64,000 nt of DNA, from NCBI RefSeq assembly GCF_006345805.1, contig NC_043015.1, positions 7,998,001-8,062,000 on the forward strand. The letters run 5' to 3'. This document shows positions 38,911 through 50,123 of the stretch, in pieces (positions within the stretch are counted from its first letter, which is position 1; every line of letters starts with the position of its first letter). Below the pieces are notes generated by a model. That model had not been told where the DNA came from. It was given only the letters and a program-made list of their open reading frames with translations, and did not search any database. The DNA is from Octopus sinensis. Lineage: Eukaryota. The translations under genes were made by a program, and so were the position numbers.

Positions 38911-41900
38911 AAGAATATAACATAAAATATTTTAACAATATTATCTATTAAATTTACAACGAAAATATGTGCTATAGTTCTCATTGCAAAGTAATTATTA
39001 TAGATAGAACATTTACGTTAAAATGTTAAGATATTTCCATCATGAGGATGATATACTATTAACCCGGTTATATTTGGACATATACATACTCTTTCTCTCA
39101 CTTAACACGTTACAAGTGTGCTGTCTGATAAAATGACTGTCTTTTGACCGGTTTGAAAATTATAATTCATTCATTTTTATTGTTTGAAAAGAAAGTAACT
39201 TACTCTAGATCAAGTGTTATAGAATTTGCAAAAACTAGGTGATTTAAGATAATATATTGCTATGGTAGTCTACACTTATTGCTATAATGTAGAACATAAT
39301 AACGCTATGAATTGCAGCCAACACAGAGTTAAATAAGGTTTAAAATTGTACTCTATAAACCACAAAACTAACTTTGCATACATTTTCTAATGCGTCAGCC
39401 ATCTCTGTTTTATATTTACTCTCTATCATAGCAAATTTCTCTTCTTCTATTATTTCTCAATGTTTCTTTCTCATTCACAGTCTTTTCCCCTGAATTACTT
39501 TCCCTCTATTTATTCCACCCTCCTAGTATATCTATCCTGTCTCTATCATAGACACAACCCTCAAATGCTATGTAAATTATAAGGCAGTGAGTACATCTTC
39601 TTACATATACAGATACAATTTCCCGACATAGAGAACTTAGTAATGGGATACATAATTCTAAACACCCATAATCCTTCACTAGGGTATATAATTGTTTTAA
39701 ATATTAAAAACAAAACAACAAAATATGTTTCCTAAGCCAAGACAAAAGCGAAAGAAAAACAGCAAAATATTTCCATTTACTGGTTCATTTTTTTTTCTTC
39801 TTTATCGCGTTGCACGTGTTTCACTTCAACCGAAACACTATTATTAATCGTAAACGAAATCCAAATGTAACGCAGAGTTTGTGTTATATTTGTGAGAAAA
39901 TTGTTTCAGATTGCTGTAGGTTTCCTTGAGTAGTCTATTCTATGTTTATATACAAAGAGATCTGGTTTAGCGCTAGTGAGATAAAAGTGAAAAATATTAG
40001 AGAGAATGTATGTCTTGCAGGTGATAATAGCTTTACTGAAAGATGCGTATAGAAACGGATTCAATCTGCTTTTACATACACAGACACATGCACACGCTCA
40101 CATCATCACACTCTCGCATACATATATTTTGAGGTGCAGACGCACTGTATATTTATGCAAGTACATGTATGTGAGTGTTGCGTATGTATGGCAATACACA
40201 TTCACACACATATAAAAAGACTCATGCGTACTATGCCTTAGTCTCTGTGTATGTATATAAGCACACAAGTGTGTCAGTATGAACGTGTGTGTGTGTGGTA
40301 AAACATTACAATTTAATTGGGGATAAATATTTAGACGAAAGGAAAAAGAATGTTACACACATACATATACGGATAGTTTTATCATTGTTGTTATATCAAT
40401 CAATCAATCAATCACTGTATATAGTTTCTAATATATTTATGTATCTACGTGTGTGTGTGTGTGTATAATATATATATATAGCGAGAGAGAGGGGGGAAGA
40501 GAGAGAGAGAAAGAGAGAGAGACAGACTGATAAGTATACGTGTCACCTCTTATAAGAGCATAGAATAAACTGTGTTTGGTCAATGTTTAAACATGTTCTA
40601 TTAAAACAAATAATAGTCCAAATAAATGCATTTTGTCACGTCTACCCCTAATTTTCGAAGCCTTAACATACAAGGCATAAACGACACACACATAATACTA
40701 TCAATGAAATTCCAAAGGCTTTCAAAACAACCGTTTAAACAATTGTTTGGAATATCTTTGTTGTTTTAAGAAAAAAAAATCATTCAGAATTCTCGTGCTA
40801 TGTGTATTGAAATTGCAGTACATTTTAAATGCTTTTTTGATGGTTTAAAAACATATTAATATAGATATATAGGAATATATGTGACATATTACTTTAAGGA
40901 GAAATATTTTGTTCTGATCAATTATTTAGTCACACATGAGAATAGAAAACGAGAGAAAGTTATCCACAAGGAGTTGTAGTAATTGTAAAATATTTCAAGG
41001 CAGCCTAGAGAAAATAGACATATGCCGATCCAAATAATATAGGTAAATGAAAAAGTGCTTTAGTTACTAATTCCAATTAAGAGAACACCTTCATTTGGTG
41101 ATTAGACATTCAACACTCCTTCGAAAGTTACTGAATGATAAAATCAAGTGCTATGGCATAAAAAGGAACCATCGTTTCCATATGAAAACGATCAAACTCT
41201 ATATTTATTTATTCAGAAGTTAAATAGTAAGAAGTATTATTCCGCAAAACGAAAGGATTCATTTGAGAGATAATCTCTTGAATTATGCACTAAAATGACC
41301 TTATGGAGGAGAAAATGATTAAATATAATTTCCTTATCATACGAAGAAAAAACAAACAAAGCATTGAACTGTAACTAACTTATAAATTGAATGCAGAATG
41401 TAGTACGAAAAAAATTAATAGAAGTTACATTTTGAAAGTATATTAAAAACACTTCACGTTCTTAGTGAAACTTTAAATGAATACAGAAAGGATATAATAA
41501 TTCTCATAGCCTACATGGTAAAACAAGTAAGTTGAAATAATATTGTTGTTTCCAATGTAGGTTCCTTCGGTTAATTGTTGAGGGAAATAAAAAGCCAGGC
41601 AAGTAGAGTATTGCCAACATGTAAAATAACGTCGTCACACATATGTTTAATGGATATATTGATAGATAGATCTCTTCTGCAATATTAAATGTCTCCTAAC
41701 CTATCTCAAGTGATACTACAAATATATATGATAAAGAGTCATGACGAATTAAAATATTTTGTTTTTTACTGGGAAAAATTTGAATAGAAGAACGTCAGCA
41801 ACCAGAATGTAGTTGGTGCAACAAGAAATTTGTCACCAAACAATACTTATTTATGTGTAATTATTATTTTTTTGTGTATTTTGGCATGGAAAACATGTGG

Positions 41901-43435
41901 ATTTAACGCTTGCAAGCTTCTCACACTTTCACTCATAACCTGATCGACACTTAATAAACAACTGTGAAATATAATTGATAATATGTTATATTGTAAAACT
42001 AAACGGGAATTGTAATACGATATTACGAAGTATCACGCTAAATGCTAACAAAATTACCGTATACATCGGTTTTATTTGCAAAATTGAGAAAAGTGAAAAC
42101 AGATAAAGAATTCCCAAGAGATAAATAAAGACAATGATGAGTCGGGGGTTGAAATGATCTTTTATCGAGGGAGAATACCAAACTTTTCGATTAGAATCGC
42201 TAAAGATTCGTAATAAAACTTACTTCTTAAGTGACGGCTGTAACTAAATTGCTAATGGAATTGTCTGGCTTCTTTGCCTTAATCGCAATTAGATATATAA
42301 AGAGAAATAGCATGATTAGCGGTTTTATTCACAGGAAACAATAGTAGTATTGTGAATAAAGGAGATTAAAGATATTCAACAAACGCACACCAAAATATAT
42401 TTTTGCATGTAACAAAAATGTTCACGGTTCGAGAGATGTTGCTTAACGCATATTCATTACTAACTGAATCGGTATCGCTGGTTATATCAGCATTTTGAAC
42501 TGAACTCACAGACTGGTAAAGCAGGAATTGTGAACGAATTATGCTTGATGTATTTCTATCATTCGTGCCAGCATCTCGCTCAAGTTTGGTTCCTGGCAGG
42601 TCGAAACGGTTATAATTTAAACTGAATGAGCAACAAGATTATCATATATTTTCACATTCCCAGAAAATGCAACGTACAGAAACCTCAGATAAATGCTTAC
42701 TCTTCACTCATGCATCCATCTCTAATAATCTTTCTAACAAATCTATTTGCAGATGAAAATTATCACACGTTTCTATGGATTCTAGATTTGCTATTCTCTC
42801 TCCCCCCCCTCTCTCTCTCACTCCAATAACAGATTTTGCTAAAGTCTAATCGTTATAAATGCCATTCACAAGTTGAAAGCTCAGTAACTGGGAGAAACAG
42901 AATTCAGACAGTGAACCTACTAAAATCTCTAAATGTATTCTGTAATGAAAGCCAAGTGGTTATGGGATTAGACATAAGTGCCAACACTAATCTAAGAGGC
43001 AAATTAAATTAAGCTCAAAATATTAATTTAAGTTTAGACGCTGAGTCTAAGTATTAGAATAGCATCACAGTTATAATTAATTAGGATAGAAGAAACTCGC
43101 TTTAAAAATATAAGAACGTGGAAAAATCTATTATATATAATATTGCTGAAAATCAAAAAGGAAAAGTGCATACCTAATAAAATACATTAAGCGTATGTAA
43201 AAAAGTTCGAAATAAATTGAATTCAGGGTTTTCGATAGAAAGGAAACTAGAAATTGCAATAGAAATTATAATATACATAGACTGAAGTCTGTAATGAATA
43301 CCATAACAGATCAATTGCAAAGTAACCGTATATTTTCTCAACGATATATAGAAAACACCCAAATTAACTGATTAATACGAAGTAAAATAGAAATCAACAC
43401 CTTACTTGATATGTATGTATGTATGTATGTATCTA

Positions 43436-43814
43436 CACTACCGTCAGAAATTAATTAGCACCCTTGATTTGCTCTTCACTCAAGGTATGTGCTGTCACCT
43501 AGTGGCCATATCTCGAACTATTGCTTTGTTGCGAGTTCACTGTTGCGCAGAACGATGACGTAACTTTGTTTGCAGGCAGTTTGAGAGTCTACAGCCTTAT
43601 GATGTTGACATAGCAGTGCAACAACAACTTGGAGTGCGGATGCAGACAAATCTTCCTTTGTTTAATAGATATAGGTAGCGCCTCGCAAGGACCGAAATCA
43701 CACCATACTAAGTTTTCTCATCGCGTAAGACGTTTTGAACAGCTTGTAGGTTAATTGATTTAACCTATTTAATGTAGAAATTTGAGAAGTGCTAATTAAT
43801 TTCTGACGCAAGTG
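43436..43814. mobile_element. Tc1/mariner-type MITE (379 bp, 26-bp TIRs, TA TSD)
   Basis: Left TIR CACTACCGTCAGAAATTAATTAGCAC (43436-43461). Right TIR reverse-complements to CACTTGCGTCAGAAATTAATTAGCAC (43789-43814), 2 mismatches. TA on both sides (43434-43435, 43815-43816). No coding capacity. Confidence 0.85.
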
Positions 43815-43824
43815 TATGTATGTG

Positions 43825-43855
<31 letters not shown>

Positions 43856-44243
43856 GGGGGGAGAATTCACAAAAGAACAAAAGACGAAGACAAGTGGTGT
43901 AGAAAACAAAAAAATGTATTAGTATAATTCTCGGAAATTGAAATAGTCTTTAACGGTTCGAGCCTACGTCCTCCTACAGAAACGAACAAAGTAAGAAACA
44001 AGGAGAAAAAACATGTGTAGTGGCTACCGATCTATCATGGCGAATGCCAGACAGAAGGGTCACGCAGGAGAGCTAAGTATTAAGGGATATCTATCTATAT
44101 CGATATATCTATCTATCTATATATATATATATATATACATACATATACACACATACCTATCCACAGACATATATACCTACACATACATTTATATACATGC
44201 ACATATATTCACACACAAGCACACACATATATTAAAGATTGAT

Positions 44244-44426
44244 AGAGAAGACAGAGTGTACCAAAAGGCAATGTATTATCACGACATTTGTTTTGTCTTC
44301 ATGATACACTGCTCCGTAGTGGCCGAGGAACGGTACACCTGCACGCCCACGACGGAGCAATGCATTATGAAGATGAAATGTTCGTTGTCATAAGAAATTG
44401 TTCTAATGGTACACTCCGTCTTCTCT
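44244..44426. repeat. Imperfect palindrome (foldback), about 183 bp
   Basis: AGAGAAGACAGAGTGTACCA...CTTCATGATACACTGCTCCGTAGTGGC pairs with GCCCACGACGGAGCAATGCATTATGAAG...TGGTACACTCCGTCTTCTCT around a loop of about 20 nt. Confidence 0.85.
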
Positions 44427-44636
44427 GTTAACCTTTGCTATGTATACCCTATATGCTCCCTGGAATTACTGTAAGATGAGCCAACGGTGACTGCAAAGTA
44501 TCGCTGATAATGCCTTGTAACAATAAGTGGTGAACGTGTTCGGCGGACACACGGCTTACCTTGAAACAAGGTTTCGATGCTGCGTTTAACGCATGCTTTC
44601 TTATTCCTTAATCTTTTAACTTTAGAAACAATTTTA

Positions 44637-45036
44637 TACTCTTTTACTTTTTTCAGTAATTTGACTGTGGTCATGCTGGAGCACAGCCTTTAGTCGAGCA
44701 AATCGTCCCAGGAATTATTTTTGTAAGCCTAGAACTTATTCTATCAGTTTCTTTGGCCGATCCGCTAAGTTAATGGGACGTAAACACACCAACATCGGTT
44801 GTGAAGCAATGTTGGAGGGGGGGACAAACACAGGCATACAAACATATACACACACGTACATATATATACATATGTATATATACGACGCGCTTCTTTCGGT
44901 TTCCGTCTACCAAATCCACTTAAAAGGCTTTAGTTGGCACGAGGCTATAGAGCCTAAGGTGCCACGCAGTGGGAATGAACCCGGAACCATGTGGTTGGTA
45001 AGCAAGCTACTTACCACACAGACACTCCTACGCCTA
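44637..45036 (-). mobile_element. Family B SINE
   Basis: Full-length collinear copy; head-to-tail with 45043-45428. Confidence 0.88.
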
Positions 45037-45042
45037 TATATA

Positions 45043-45428
45043 TACTCTTTTACTCGTTTCAGTCATTTTACTGCGGCCATGCTGGAGCACCGCCTTTAAT
45101 CGAGCAACTCGACCCCGGGTCTTATTCTTTTGTAAGCCCAGTACTTATTTTATCGCTCTCTTTTGCCGAACCGCTAAGTAACGGGGATAAACACACCAGC
45201 ATCGGTTGTCAAGCAATGCTAGGGGACAAACACAGATACACAAACACACACACGCATATATATATATATATATATATACGACGGGCTTCTTTCAGTTTCC
45301 GTCTACCAAATCCACTCAGAAGGCTTTGGTCGGCCCGAGACTATGGTAGAATTCACATTGCTCAAGGTGCCACGCAGTGGGACTGAACCTGGAACCATGT
45401 GGTTGGTAGACAAGCTACATACCACTAC
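45043..45428 (-). mobile_element. Family B SINE
   Basis: Full-length collinear copy, separated from the previous one by a short (TA)n. Confidence 0.88.
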
Positions 45429-45754
45429 ACATATATATACAGGCATATACACACACACTCAAATATATATATACATATAAATAAACAGAAAATGTGGAAA
45501 ATTTTGATTAACAAAATGAACTACAAAAGTTGGTTATTTTGTAATACAAAGCATGACATAGCATTTCCTACGGCCGTTTCCGCTTCTACTGTTAGTCGAT
45601 GCAGCCATACTGGGTGTAGCACCAAATTACATTTTCAATCACACATAGTGAACGCAAGTCCGCTTCGAAGATGCGAAGTCCGCTTCTGCAGTGTCCAAGT
45701 ACCAAAGTGGTTCAATTTGTTCTCCATATTCTGACTATTTAAATGTGACTCCTG

Positions 45755-45808
<54 letters not shown>

Positions 45809-45816
45809 CTTTATTA

Positions 45817-45872
<56 letters not shown>

Positions 45873-47663
45873 TCATATATATATATTCATACACGCACAC
45901 ACATATATATCATTCAAATTACATATATCAAATATAAGAGAACTGATGGCAACTACTTATGGACATTAAACTAAACATCATTCCCATTTATAATGAACTT
46001 GTCAATCTATTTTCATGATAGATTTCAAAATCATCGTTTTTAAGTCCATACTTTTATCTTCAGATACTGAATGGTGGGTGAATGCAATAAATCAATTAAA
46101 ATTTATAAGGTAGTACATAGGCTTGTCGGTTAAACTGTGTCAGATGGTAGACGTTCAGATTTAAGGTACTTTTAAAATTGTATTAACTATAGATTGACAA
46201 GGATATTATAAACGAAACGTACGGCTTACAATGTGTTTACCTTTCCCCGTGCGAGTACAGACACATAAATAAACACATAGTTTACTAGGATGTAAATACG
46301 CCGAGGAAAATTGCACAAAATTAACAGTAACATAGATACATGAAAGGCGAAATTCAAAGTGGAAAAAAAAAGCGGAAGAAAATAATAAACTGAAAATCGA
46401 AGATGGAGATAAATACCGCCCCTTCGCTTTCACTTTACTGATGTCCCGAATGAGGTGAAGTAATAACCAACACAGTAATTTATCAAACGTGTTTCAGTAC
46501 ATTAAGAACAGAATGATTGATTTTAGCTTGGTTACATAAAACTGTGACACAGAGGATGTAAAGACCAAGGATTCACAAAATAAAGGATACAAGGGATAAC
46601 TTAACGATTGAAGTCTAATTTTGTTATTTGATGTTCTAAAACCAATGGCTAAATAATTCATGAATTATGATTTACAGTAAAGAAGTGAGGAATACTTTAG
46701 TTAATAGAGATTCTAATAAAGATACGGAAGAGTCTCGATTGGAATTCAGTTTGGTCATTTTTTATGGTAGATCTACGATTTAGCAGTGGTAACAACAAAG
46801 AATTTTTTGAAAAATGCAACAACAATATGATAAACACTAATGCATGAAAGTTAAGAAATTTTACGATCAGTTTCATTGCGTGCTACCTCGGACTCTAGTC
46901 TTCTATAATAGTTCCGGCAAAACCATGCCTTGAGTGAAATTGTTGGCCTGAAAAAGAATGTGTGTGTGTGTGTGTGCTCGAGCATGGGTGTATTTCGTTT
47001 GACGCAAATATCGTTTCATAATCCGAGTTGTCTTTTTTACTCCTGCGTAACTTAACATTTTGGTAAAATGAGTGAGTTTAATAAATGCCCTATCTTAAAC
47101 GAAGTCCTGGAATCGATTTTATCAAGTAAGCCATTCAGGGCGGTGTTTCAATAAGGATTTGAATGAAACAAGTTAAAGTAGATATATTCGATAAAAACAT
47201 TTAAAGAATTGTGAGGTCAGGAATGATATCTGTAAAATCTATTATGATGACAAGAAAGTTAACCGTGTAATCCATTCTGATTATGACGCAGATAAACATA
47301 TAAAAAAGAATTATATAATGCTTATGTTTCGTATAAAACATTAATTTTTGTTATATAGCAAATTCTTGTAATTTCAGTTTCAAAATTATGGAACTAGATT
47401 CCATTTTTTAAACTTGGTAGGGAAGATATGCCTAGAATTCTATCTTGAGCAAATCCATTAGTATGCCGTCTAACGTGTTTCAAACAGCTATCAGGAGATA
47501 AAACATACTTTACATCACTTGCTGCGGAATCTACGTGATACTCAATTTTCCGGAAATAGACTGCGCCCCTTCCAAACCGGCAGCCTACTGTCATAAAAGA
47601 TAATATATTTTAAGATTGTATCAGGGCACTGTATGCTCGAAATAAAGTATCAAATTAAAATAT

Positions 47664-47962
47664 TGTTGTTTAACCCTTCTGGAGTCACGCTCAGAAGCGC
47701 TGGTTTCCCGGTTTCCTTTGTGTATAGGTTCCCCACCTGGACAGGACGCAGGTCCGTCGCAGGTGAGCTGCAAGATGCAGAAGGAAAGAGTGAGAGAAAG
47801 TTGTGGCAAAAGATTCAGCAGAAGTTCACCATACCTCCTGTCGGAGCCGCGTAGAGCTTAAGTTTTTCGCTTATAAATACACACATCGCCCGGTTTGAGA
47901 ATCGAAACCACGATCCCTCGACCGCGAGTCCGGTGCTCTAACCACTAGGCAAGTGCCCTCCA
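47664..47962 (-). mobile_element. Family A SINE variant with an alternative 3' tail and TSD
   Basis: tRNA head (A box TGCCTAGTGG, B box GGTTTCGATTCT) and central domain shared with 541-926, but a different tail. 13-bp TSD CAAATTAAAATAT at 47651-47663 and 47963-47975. Confidence 0.85.
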
Positions 47963-48529
47963 CAAATTAAAATATAAAGAGATGGAAATAGTGATACGCT
48001 TACTCGATTATGTTGATTTCTGGATGAAGGTGAGCAGCAACAAGAAGTGTAGCAAATAATATAAGGAATAACATGTTGATAAAACTGATGGACGGAAAAA
48101 AATTATATTTACGGAGAGAGAGAGGGAGAGAGAGAGAGACAGAGACAGAGACAGACAGAGTGAGTGAAAATAGCAAACTGCAGCTTAGCTCAATGAAGGT
48201 AGAACATATCCAAAACAAAATATTTTAGATATTTACTAGAAATGCCTCGAAAAATATGAGTGTATGCTGAGACTGGCTCATGCATGAGACGAAACAACAC
48301 ATTGCCTTGCCAAAATGACTTTATCCACTAAAATGACTTCACAGACAACTCCAACGCGCAATTTAATGCAAGCTTCGTAGAGGTTTTACATCTTAAGTAT
48401 ACTGTGGATCCTTTCCCTTCGTATTTCCTCTCTAAAATGCTGAATTCTCAATAGATTCTTGTATCTAACCGTTGTTAATGTTATTTATTTTGGCATTGGT
48501 AACATACGGATACGCATATCTATACGTAT

Positions 48530-48599
48530 TTGTGTGTGGGTACGTGTTTGCGTGTGTGTGTGCGTGTGTGTGTGTGTGTGGTGTGTGTGGGTACGTGTT

Positions 48600-48638
<39 letters not shown>

Positions 48639-48740
48639 GTGTGTGTGTGTGTGTTATAGTTGCATGCATACATATACATATGCATATGTGTGTTTGTGTG
48701 TGCCTGTGGTTGTATGTATGCTTGCACGTGTCTGTGTAAT
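48530..48740. repeat. (TG)n-rich compound microsatellite
   Basis: Direct reading. Confidence 0.9.
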
Positions 48741-49469
48741 GGGAATGGGACGTGACTATTGGACTTAGTGGATGCTAAGTGATTTCTATCATTCATTTAA
48801 TCAATATTAAGAGAATTGCGGTGCCTCGACTAAACAAAGTTACGGCATTTTAACAGCTGTCCTATGAGACTGGCAGATAGCGAGATATAAAGACAAAGGT
48901 AGACAAAGAAGGAAAGACAAAGTGAATACATTATGATACAGAGAGAAGAAAATTGTCTCGTAAAAGTTGTCTTTAAATAGAAACAAAAGGTTAGCATTTG
49001 CATAGTCTATATACAAACTAAGTTCTGATTGGTAGGGTATGCAGGCGAGGCTAGAATGAATTTTCTAATAAGACAGTCCACATTATTTGAAAGTTTGCTG
49101 TGACACCAGAATAAAGAATAAATAAACGATAAAGAATAAATGAAAAACGAAGCTTCTACAGCTGATTATCTCAAGGTAAACTATTCTCCTGAAAGAACAC
49201 TTCCCTGTTGATTAAACACTAGTAGCACTAGATGTCATTGCTATGTATGAAAATAGACCAGGAGGAGTAAAACAGATTCTAAATTAATATTTGTCTTGGC
49301 TGAGAAATGTGATTTTGTAATCTAAGTAAACAACATTTTTCAATGGCACTGCGATGTTTCATGATACTTTTAACACAAAACAGAAACATCTACCTATACA
49401 TACTCATGCGCACTCACACACACACTAACACACATACAGCCAAACATACATGAAATGCAGACGAGACGG

Positions 49470-50123
49470 AAAGAGATCAATACCACTCTTGCTGGATTTG
49501 CTAGCAATAAAATTTCTTTTTCTACAATAGACACAACGCTCTAAATTATTTCGTGGGGTGGGGATTCGATTAGATCGACCTGAATACTTAAGTAGTCGAT
49601 ACTTCATCTACCCCGAAAGTATTAAAGGTAAAACCAAGCTCGATGGAATTTGAACTCAGATTTTTAAAAACAAACGAAATACCTATTTCTTTACTACCCA
49701 CAAGGGGCTAAATGAGAGAATGAGAGAGGAGAAACAAGGACAGACAAACGGATTAAGTCGACCCCAGTGCGTAACTGGTACTTTTATCGACCCCAAAAGA
49801 AATGAACGGCAAAATCGACATCGGCGGAATTTGAACTCAGAACGTAACGGCAGACCAAATTTCGCCCGGCGTGCTAACGATTCCGCCAGCTCAACAATAT
49901 TGCTACTAATATTGATTTCAAATTTTGGCACGTGGCCCGCAATTTCGGGGGAAGTTTAAGTCGATTATATCAACCCCAGTTTTCTGGTACTTATTTTATC
50001 GACCTCCAAATAATGAAAAGCAAAATGGTCCTCGGCGGATTTTGAACTCAGAACGTAAGAACGGGCGAAATACCACTAAGGATTTCACCCGGTGTGCTAA
50101 CAACTCTGCCGGGCCGCCGCCTT
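49470..50123 (-). mobile_element. Cluster of three tandem family C SINEs of different ages
   Basis: Copies at about 49470-49683, 49684-49893 and 49915-50123, all on the minus strand. The last is flanked by AAT(A/G)TTGCTACTAAT(A/G)TTG repeats (about 49896-49914 and 50124-50142). Confidence 0.8.

Noticed and set aside
41790-41850. PECSWCNKKFVTKQYL zinc-finger-like peptide
   Set aside because: Lacks the two histidines, is isolated, and has an upstream in-frame stop.
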